Below, piece by piece: positions 41,208-48,299 of a stretch of 64,000 nt of DNA; the stretch's first letter is position 1; every line of letters starts with the position of its first letter. The notes under the pieces are model-generated. The model made no database searches and was not told where the DNA came from. It was given only the letters and a program-made list of their open reading frames with translations. Source of the DNA: Candidatus Cloacimonadota bacterium (lineage in GTDB: Bacteria > Muiribacteriota > UBA6191). Position numbers and translations under genes: made by a program. The stretch lies in contig JAGSHD010000009.1 in assembly GCA_023954715.1 (NCBI GenBank), positions 56,272 to 120,271 on the forward strand. The letters run 5' to 3'.

Positions 41208-41360
41208 TCAATTAAGCACTCTACAAATTGATTAGATTCCTATTCCACAGAAAAAATCATATCTTTGAAGTTAAAAGACTACCCTTCATATCAAACAGAT
41301 ATTTTTAAGAAGGACAGACGGCTCGTGATGTAAAACTGTTTTTTTTGTTGGAATAAAATA

Positions 41361-41412
41361 TTTACAGATATGTATTTAAAATATATAATTATCGTGTTAC
41401 GATAATTATATA
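41361..41412 (+). promoter_or_regulatory. Sigma70-like promoter overlapped by a perfect palindromic operator upstream of the DUF2975-like/XRE operon
   Basis: -35 TTTACA (41361-66), a 17-nt spacer, -10 TATAAT (41384-89). A 13-bp perfect inverted repeat TATATAATTATCG-N5-CGATAATTATATA spans 41382-41412. Confidence 0.5.
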
Positions 41413-41435
41413 CTGTTATACAGAAAGGAGTTATT

Positions 41436-41762
41436 GTGGAAAAAAATGAAATTGAATTAGAAAATAAACTAGATCAACTAGAAAAAGGCTCATATTGGTT
41501 TGGATTTGTTGGAAAAATATCTATTGAAATAGGTATATCAATCCTTTTGGTAGGTTGTATTTTTTTAGCGAAGGGTTTTAATGTTAGTGATTATGATCCA
41601 AACCTCAAAACAGTGCTTAGTTTTTATGGGCCTCTTTCACAAGGTATTCATATAATTATTTATACTATCCTCTTTGTAGGTGGGGGTTGGCTCTCACTAA
41701 GGATACGCGATGCATTAGAAGTTGTGAGATTATTGATTCTCGAAATGCGTGAGGTAGTGTGA
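41436..41762 (+). CDS. Small multi-pass membrane protein (DUF2975-like)
   Basis: GTG start after AAAGGAG. Three hydrophobic segments. Its position upstream of a YozG-like HTH matches the common DUF2975-XRE gene pair. Confidence 0.6.
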   Translation: MEKNEIELENKLDQLEKGSYWFGFVGKISIEIGISILLVGCIFLAKGFNVSDYDPNLKTVLSFYGPLSQGIHIIIYTILFVGGGWLSLRIRDALEVVRLLILEMREVV

Positions 41763-41968
41763 TGCCAGTAGTTTTTAATCTAGATGTTGTGATGGCACAA
41801 CAGAAAATTCGGCTAAAAGATCTTGCCAAAGAGATCCAAATTACAGAAGCCAATTTATCAAAGCTTAAAAATGGCCACGTAAAGGCCATCAAAATAAGCA
41901 CACTTGAAAAACTTTGCACGGCATTAAATTGTACCCCAGGAAATTTACTTGATTTTCGAATGGATTAA
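41762..41968 (+). CDS. XRE-family (YozG-like) HTH transcriptional regulator
   Basis: LDVVMAQQKIRLKDLAKEIQITEANLSKLKNGHVKAIKISTLEKLCTALNCTPGNLLDF is a classic short Cro/C1-type HTH. The ATG overlaps the upstream TGA. Confidence 0.85.
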   Translation: MPVVFNLDVVMAQQKIRLKDLAKEIQITEANLSKLKNGHVKAIKISTLEKLCTALNCTPGNLLDFRMD

Positions 41969-42057
41969 ATGATCATAAAACTATTTGCATTATTCAAACT
42001 AATTGTAGGTTTAAACGATTCAAATTTATTAAAGTCTTAAAAAACGAAACTACACCC

Positions 42058-42918
42058 TCACGCTTTAAAGCGATTCTCAAGAGGGACTTTTTGAACCTGT
42101 GCTTTACACTTGCCTTTATAGATATCCTTATTCATCCATTCAATGATACCATCTACGTCTACTTCTTTAACCTGTATTTCCCATACTCTCATAGGTGCAT
42201 TCCATCTAAAATGTTTTGCTTTTAGATCATCTTTCGTTTCAAAGGCAGCTCCAAAGGCTTGAATCAAGCACACTGACTCGTGACTAGAATGATAGAGTTC
42301 ATTTAAATAGCTTTTATCTGTTAAATGATTTTTAAAACTCAAAAGATGAATCGATGCCAATACATCACACAGAGCTCGATGGCTTTCAAAAAAGAATCCA
42401 TGATCACGACATAGGTGACCTAGACTTTTTGAACTAAACCCAGCTTTTCGCCAGTCGATTTGGCGAACAGAGCAGCCCCAAACAGCATTTTGAGATGATG
42501 TAAATAGAGGATCAATGAATGCTCGATCAAAAGTGGCATTATGAGATAAGATTAAATCAGAACTCTCTAAGATTGAATTTACTTTATCTCTATCAATTGT
42601 TTGACCCTTTACCATTTCGTCTGTAATACCTGTAAGCTCTGTTATCATTGCGGGAATAGGTCTTTTTGGATCTTGAAAAGATTGATACTTTTCTATGATC
42701 TTTACGATGCAATCATTATTTAAACAGTATTCAAATTGAAGTAGCCCTATCTCTGTAACAGCTTCGGTATTGGCGTTTAAGCCAGTAGTTTCTACATCTA
42801 AGTAAGTAATAACTTTTGTATCTACATTAGTTAGAGCCTTATCATTGATCTTAAGATCTCCATGAAATTTGTGGATTGTAATGCTTTCGCCGTCTTCAGA
42901 TAAACCAATCGGTTTCAT
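42058..42918 (-). CDS. DEDDh 3'-5' exonuclease (ExoX/epsilon-like) with N- and C-terminal extensions
   Basis: ExoI YLDVETTG, ExoII ILSHNATFDRAFI, ExoIII HRALCDVLAS. There is an extra C-terminal module of about 70 aa (AFETKDDLKAKHFRWNAPMRVWEIQV). RBS is GGAGA. Confidence 0.85.
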   Translation of the reverse strand: MKPIGLSEDGESITIHKFHGDLKINDKALTNVDTKVITYLDVETTGLNANTEAVTEIGLLQFEYCLNNDCIVKIIEKYQSFQDPKRPIPAMITELTGITDEMVKGQTIDRDKVNSILESSDLILSHNATFDRAFIDPLFTSSQNAVWGCSVRQIDWRKAGFSSKSLGHLCRDHGFFFESHRALCDVLASIHLLSFKNHLTDKSYLNELYHSSHESVCLIQAFGAAFETKDDLKAKHFRWNAPMRVWEIQVKEVDVDGIIEWMNKDIYKGKCKAQVQKVPLENRFKA

Positions 42919-42933
42919 AATATTCTCCAGAAA

Positions 42934-43236
42934 CTATTTAAATAGTGTGTTAATAATGATTTTGATCGCAAGTAGCAATACAAAGACTATAATGATTGGC
43001 CACAAAAAGCCACATAAAATAAATAAGGGTATGATTATTGATAACTCTTGAGTGATTGGTTTGCTAGAAAACTTACCGCGGAATATAGTAATTAAAATTT
43101 GTACTAAGTGCAGCTCTAAGGGCTTGTTGGGGTCGTTAGTATGTTTTTCATTGAGCTGTACTAAGTTTTCTAGCTCCCACATCATCACCGATGCTAATAA
43201 ACATCCTAATAAAATATAGATTGAAAAATAGATCAC
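42934..43236 (-). CDS. Small membrane protein co-oriented with the exonuclease gene
   Basis: Hydrophobic segments at both ends. It lies 15 nt upstream of the exonuclease start on the same strand. Confidence 0.45.
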   Translation of the reverse strand: MIYFSIYILLGCLLASVMMWELENLVQLNEKHTNDPNKPLELHLVQILITIFRGKFSSKPITQELSIIIPLFILCGFLWPIIIVFVLLLAIKIIINTLFK

Positions 43237-43357
43237 AAGTTTACGTTGAATCCTTGATTGAGTAACTTTAATGAGTTTACATTGTACTTTAAACTATAAA
43301 AAATCACATCAGTGTTTGAGATAAAGTATAATACCAATCAGTTTTAATTGTTATGAC

Positions 43358-43385
43358 TTGACATTTTTAAATAGTTTCATAAAAT
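43358..43385 (+). promoter_or_regulatory. Candidate sigma70 promoter
   Basis: TTGACA (43358-63), a 16-nt spacer, TAAAAT (43380-85), about 70 nt upstream of ATG 43456. Confidence 0.3.
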
Positions 43386-43455
43386 TGTATTGAAAAATAA
43401 AGGTCAAATAGTTTTGATCTTATGGCTGGTAAACCAATATGTAATGAGGGTTCAA

Positions 43456-44313
43456 ATGTTTCGAAAACTAACTTTATTCAGTATGATTTTTATTGTGCTT
43501 TTATCAAATTCTTTTGCGACAGAGAGATATGAGTATGAGCATAAAATTGTTGAAGTGGACGGGAGAGATTTCGATCAAATAATCCATAATATGATCAATA
43601 CTTATTATGATATGAAGGATGTTTACAGTTTAAAATCTACCGGAGCTGCAGATCGACAAAAACTTCAGTCTATGTATAGTCAACAACTGAGTCAGGTATC
43701 TAAATCTATATTATCAAGAGGCAAAGTTCATGATTATGCAGTATTGTATAACTCATTGAATGAAATGCAAAGATCAGCATTGTCGGAGTTGACTAAAGAG
43801 ACAATTGTTCGTTTTAATTCTCAAATTTTATATCAAGATAGCTTAAAAACTGGAGATGTTCGAAATGCCAAGCAACTATTTCCTAAGTATTCAGAAAGAG
43901 CTAGTTATGAATACGCTTATGGAAGAGAATTAAGTAGAGAAGAGTTAAAGCGTTTCGAACTGATTCGACGAAACACATTTTTTGAAAACACACATCATAA
44001 AATTGATATAGATATTGATTTTCTAGGACCTATTAAAAAAGTTATTTCCGCATTAAAATTAAAAGATAAGTTTTCTTGGGTTTGGGATCAAAAATTACAC
44101 TTTGGTTATCATTCAGAGTTTAAGCACTACAAAAAAGTGTTTATGCGTGAAAAAGGCTACTACAAAAAAGTAAAAGTGAAGTTGGAGCTGATCCGAAGAA
44201 AAGTTAGTTTTTGGACCGGACCTGGCCCATGGGAAGTATACGGAACAGGACACAAATATTTTGAAGAGCCAGCAGCAATTGTAGGATTCGAAGTTAAAGA
44301 GCTTTCTAATTAA
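43456..44313 (+). CDS. Secreted hypothetical protein
   Basis: The start is moved to ATG 43456, after GAGGG. Signal peptide MFRKLTLFSMIFIVLLSNSFA. No family recognised. Confidence 0.55.
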   Translation: MFRKLTLFSMIFIVLLSNSFATERYEYEHKIVEVDGRDFDQIIHNMINTYYDMKDVYSLKSTGAADRQKLQSMYSQQLSQVSKSILSRGKVHDYAVLYNSLNEMQRSALSELTKETIVRFNSQILYQDSLKTGDVRNAKQLFPKYSERASYEYAYGRELSREELKRFELIRRNTFFENTHHKIDIDIDFLGPIKKVISALKLKDKFSWVWDQKLHFGYHSEFKHYKKVFMREKGYYKKVKVKLELIRRKVSFWTGPGPWEVYGTGHKYFEEPAAIVGFEVKELSN

Positions 44314-44342
44314 TATCTCCAATAAATAAAGTTATAATCAAA

Positions 44343-44379
44343 TACTCTGATGACCATAAAATCTTCAGGGTATTTTTTT
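44343..44379 (+). terminator. Rho-independent terminator
   Basis: Stem TACTCTGA / TCAGGGTA followed by 7 T. Confidence 0.5.
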
Positions 44380-44476
44380 ATGAAAAATGCTAAAATTGGG
44401 GTGAATTCGTATTATATACAATCTAAATCACTAAGTTAGCTTATACTTTTGCGGAATTGAATGTAACTGGTTACTT

Positions 44477-45826
44477 ATGTCTAACAAAAATCAAAGTTTA
44501 TATGCTTTTTTAAGTTTAATTGGTGTTTCGATCTTCGGAACACTAGGTTATGTTTTATTAGAAGACTACTCTTTCGTCGATGCTATTTACATGACCGTTA
44601 TTACAGTTACAACGATAGGTTTCGGTGAAATTCACCCCTTATCCGAGTATGGTCGATTGTTTACCTTATTATTGGTGTCTGTTGGTTTTTTTAGTATGGC
44701 TTGGTTAGGCCGGACCACCATAGAAACTATTTTTGAAGGAGTATCTCAAGGTAAATCGGGGAGTAAGAAAATGAAAATGAAAATTTCAAAATTGTCAAAG
44801 CATTATATTTTATGTGGTTTTGGGCGTGTAGGGATTGCAGCAGCGGAGTATTTAGAGTCTCAAGGAGTGGACTTTGTTGTTATTGATAGTTTGGTAAATC
44901 CTGATTCCAAAAATGAGTTAGATCAACGAAAATATCTATATATAAATGGTGATGCTACTCACGACAGTGCATTATTAGATGCTGGTATTAAAAGAGCAAG
45001 AGGTGTATTAGCTCTACTCAATTCAGATCCAGATAATTTATTTTTGGTTTTAACCGCAAGAGAGTTAAACCCAACCTTACAAATATTTTCTCGATCTGAG
45101 GATGGTCATGCAGAGCATAAAATTTTAAAAGCTGGAGCTGATAAGGTGATTACGCCATATAAATCAGCTGGTAGATTTATTGCAGGTTCTTTACTTAATG
45201 CTTGTGGAACTGCAGTAAAAGTAGAAAAAATTCCAGAAGAAGGACTTAAGCATAAATGGCACACGATTAAAGAAGATTCAAAACATATAGGTTTGACTGT
45301 ATTGGAGCTTGAAGATAGGTTTAAGCTCGAAGTTCTTGGAATACGACGTAAAGATGTAGATCATTTAGATCCACAAGACGACATGGTGATTGAAGCTTTT
45401 GATGGTTTAATGATCTTAGGTTCGTTAGATAAAAGTAAAGTAGTTGAAGATAATGAGCCTTCAAAAGTAATTATCGTAGATGACAATCCAATTGTAGTTC
45501 GATTATATAGTAGACTATTTCAAAAAAATGGACTTTCTCCCACTGCAGCGAGTGATGGAATTAAAGGTGCTGAATTAATATTATCTCAAAATCCCGAGGT
45601 AGCCGTTATCGATTATATGTTACCAGGTATGACAGGTATCAACGTATGTCGTCGGATAAAAGAAGATCCTAATTGTAATACTAAGCTAATTTTGTTTACA
45701 GCATCAGAAGACTGTGGTGCGAGAGATGAGGCTTTAGAAGCAGGTGCAGATTTAGTAATTATAAAAAGTGCTGACACCAAAGAAATCATTAATGCAGTCT
45801 TACAGCTGATTAGTGAGATTTCTTAA
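44477..45826 (+). CDS. 2TM K+ channel fused to RCK (TrkA-N/TrkA-C) and a C-terminal receiver (REC) domain
   Basis: M1-P-M2 pore with selectivity filter TVTTIGFGE (44609-44626). Rossmann motif ILCGFGRVG, a TrkA-C-like segment, then REC from 45464 (IIVDDN, phospho-acceptor VIDYMLPGMTG, LFTAS, IIKS). Confidence 0.85.
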   Translation: MSNKNQSLYAFLSLIGVSIFGTLGYVLLEDYSFVDAIYMTVITVTTIGFGEIHPLSEYGRLFTLLLVSVGFFSMAWLGRTTIETIFEGVSQGKSGSKKMKMKISKLSKHYILCGFGRVGIAAAEYLESQGVDFVVIDSLVNPDSKNELDQRKYLYINGDATHDSALLDAGIKRARGVLALLNSDPDNLFLVLTARELNPTLQIFSRSEDGHAEHKILKAGADKVITPYKSAGRFIAGSLLNACGTAVKVEKIPEEGLKHKWHTIKEDSKHIGLTVLELEDRFKLEVLGIRRKDVDHLDPQDDMVIEAFDGLMILGSLDKSKVVEDNEPSKVIIVDDNPIVVRLYSRLFQKNGLSPTAASDGIKGAELILSQNPEVAVIDYMLPGMTGINVCRRIKEDPNCNTKLILFTASEDCGARDEALEAGADLVIIKSADTKEIINAVLQLISEIS

Positions 45827-48299
45827 TTACCATAAAAGTAATATCATCGGACTGCTCCGTACCGGATGCATGAGCTGACAAGAGATCAAGTAGTTCAGAG
45901 GATATGCTTGAAGTGTCTTTGCTTCTGTGCTGATTTAGACATCGCGTTAAGCGATCTAAACCAAATAAATCATCATTAGGACTTTCTGCTTCAGTTACAC
46001 CATCTGTATATAAAAACAGTAAATCACTTTGTTTAAATTCAAGGGACTTCTTTTGATATGTTTGGTTCTCTAACAAACCTAAAGGAAGCCCATTGGCCTT
46101 TAGTAGATTAGTTTGGTCATTGATCAAAATCATTTCATTGTGTCCGGCAGAACAAAACTGATAAGTATCAGAGTTTTTATGAATTTCAATAGCAAATAGT
46201 GTACAAAACAAAAAGTTTGGATTGACTAAACAGGTATGGTTATTGGTTTTGGCCATCATATCTTCAAGTGGTGTCTTTTGATAAAATTGACCAGCAAAAT
46301 AAGACTTAACTGACGATGCAAATAAAGCAGACCCAAGTCCTTTACCAGAAACATCTGCGATTAAGAGAATAGTTCGGTCATCATCACTTAAAATGTCGTA
46401 AAAATCTCCTCCCAAATATCTAGCTGGCTGATAAAAAGGGGTATGAGCAATATCCATTACTTTAGTATTATCCGAAGGAAGTAAATCTCTTTGAATGACT
46501 TGTGCAGTTTCTAGTTCGTTGTTTCGTTGAAGAGTACTTAGAAACTCTTTTTGCAGGCTCAGTCGTTGATAGAAAAAACGAACCTGTGCATCAAAATTTG
46601 AATGATCATGGAGAATGATTCGTTCGGGATCATATATACTATTCTGGAAGAAGTTTGAATCTTCTAGTTTCACAATGTTTGAAACTTCATCAAAACCGAT
46701 ATACTTTTTTTCAAAAAACTGTAAATATACTAGGGAACACTGTTCTTCAAATTCATCTAAAGTACTATTTTTAGCGTTTAAATTTTGTAGTTCAGACAAT
46801 GCTTCTGCAGCTCTAAATTGGAGTCGAATTCTAAATATTTTACGAAGAAATGTCTTTTTCATAATTTGAAACTCTATAAAGGAAGAGTAAAAGGACTCTA
46901 CGTGGGAAAGAGATAAGTCTTCTGTTGTTTGATCAATAGCTTTTCTAAAGCGGTGAATCGGGCGGATAATCTTGGGAATAACTAAAACGTAAGAATAAAA
47001 TAAAATGACAAAAAGTAGTAGGACTCCAAAAAGTGCTATAGATGCTGAATTAATCAACTCCTTTTCGAGTTTGATGTTGTTAATATTGTCGTGATAAAGA
47101 TGATATAGATGACTAAAATGGGGATCTCGTATAATGTTGATAATATAAGTTTGTCCCTCTGACTTTACTCGGAGTTGCATAGATTCGTTAGCTTGGAGGG
47201 TGAGTGATATAGCTTCCATATCAATTTTGACATAATGATTGTGAACGCGAGATTCAAGGGAGTTTCTCAGTTTAAAATACGATAAAGAATTGAGCTTTTT
47301 CAGTAGTGAACTTTGCGAATCAACAAAGTCATAAGAAAGAGATTTTTGAGGGGTTAGAAAGCGTTGGTATATGTTATCTGTTCTTAAAGATATAGCAAAT
47401 GAACCTAATCCATGAGTTTTAGCAGGACTAATATTTTTTAAGCGGACTGAGGAGTCAGCAAAGAAATCTATTTTTTTTTGGTTGGGATCAAAAGTTTTAA
47501 AATAAAATTCAAAGTACTTTGAAAAAAAGTTGAATTCAAAAAAACGGTCCAGGGTTGGTTTTGGGGTGAAGTTGATTAATTGTTTTAGAGAAGTGAGGTA
47601 ATCATGGATCTTGGTATATTTAGGTGGAAACTGAGTCAAAACTTGAGAGGTTGTAATATTCTTTAAGAAGTTATTTCCTGCTTTTTGACTTGGGATAACC
47701 TCTACCACCCAAGGAAGGGTGTCCGTGAGTAATATATAGTCTGACAGACTTAAGTATTGATATACCAATTCATAAGAAAAGTACTGTATTACTACATTAT
47801 CATCCGTTAACAGAGGATAATCAATGGCACTTGGAGACATAAACTTTTTACGGATGTAGTTTTTGAGTTGAATGATAGATCTACGAGTTACGTTGCCCGG
47901 TTTTTGCCAGTGTTTAGAGATTTTTTCCACATAGGCAATTTGTTCTTCGGGATTGAGTTTTTTAACTTCGCTAATGGATAAAAAAGGATGGCCAGATTTG
48001 ATACGTAGAGATTTTGGACCTCGTTTGGATGATTTTTTTAGTTGCTTAAATATTTTTCGAATGGATCGATCTTCACTTTGTTCTGTATCTATAAATACAC
48101 TTCGAATTTTGTCTAATTCAACTAAAAATGCTTCACGTTTATTTTCTAGATCCTTGTGATTTATAGTAAAATTACTATCTAACTTTAATTGATTTCGTAG
48201 ACTAAAGTCTTTAATCGCTAGAATAAAAATTAAAAGTAAGGGGATAGATATACTAATGATTGAGCCCTTAAAGATATGTTTGGCTAAGCTAGACTTCAT
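45810..48299 (-). CDS. Membrane sensor with large extracytoplasmic domain and C-terminal PP2C (SpoIIE/RsbU-type) phosphatase
   Basis: Two TM segments flank a domain of about 400 aa, followed by a HAMP-like linker. PP2C motifs are YLGGDFYDIL, LLIADVSGKGLGSALFAS, SAGHN, LYTDGVTEA and SDDITFM. Confidence 0.85.
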   Translation of the reverse strand: MKSSLAKHIFKGSIISISIPLLLIFILAIKDFSLRNQLKLDSNFTINHKDLENKREAFLVELDKIRSVFIDTEQSEDRSIRKIFKQLKKSSKRGPKSLRIKSGHPFLSISEVKKLNPEEQIAYVEKISKHWQKPGNVTRRSIIQLKNYIRKKFMSPSAIDYPLLTDDNVVIQYFSYELVYQYLSLSDYILLTDTLPWVVEVIPSQKAGNNFLKNITTSQVLTQFPPKYTKIHDYLTSLKQLINFTPKPTLDRFFEFNFFSKYFEFYFKTFDPNQKKIDFFADSSVRLKNISPAKTHGLGSFAISLRTDNIYQRFLTPQKSLSYDFVDSQSSLLKKLNSLSYFKLRNSLESRVHNHYVKIDMEAISLTLQANESMQLRVKSEGQTYIINIIRDPHFSHLYHLYHDNINNIKLEKELINSASIALFGVLLLFVILFYSYVLVIPKIIRPIHRFRKAIDQTTEDLSLSHVESFYSSFIEFQIMKKTFLRKIFRIRLQFRAAEALSELQNLNAKNSTLDEFEEQCSLVYLQFFEKKYIGFDEVSNIVKLEDSNFFQNSIYDPERIILHDHSNFDAQVRFFYQRLSLQKEFLSTLQRNNELETAQVIQRDLLPSDNTKVMDIAHTPFYQPARYLGGDFYDILSDDDRTILLIADVSGKGLGSALFASSVKSYFAGQFYQKTPLEDMMAKTNNHTCLVNPNFLFCTLFAIEIHKNSDTYQFCSAGHNEMILINDQTNLLKANGLPLGLLENQTYQKKSLEFKQSDLLFLYTDGVTEAESPNDDLFGLDRLTRCLNQHRSKDTSSISSELLDLLSAHASGTEQSDDITFMVIKKSH

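Noticed and set aside
41665-41919. 84-aa minus-strand ORF across the DUF2975-like/XRE junction.
   Set aside because: It is antisense to two genes with a good RBS, coupling and an HTH motif. It has no signal of its own.
42869-43051. 60-aa plus-strand ORF bridging the exonuclease and small membrane protein genes.
   Set aside because: It is antisense to both minus-strand genes and covers their 15-nt junction and RBS. No supporting signal.
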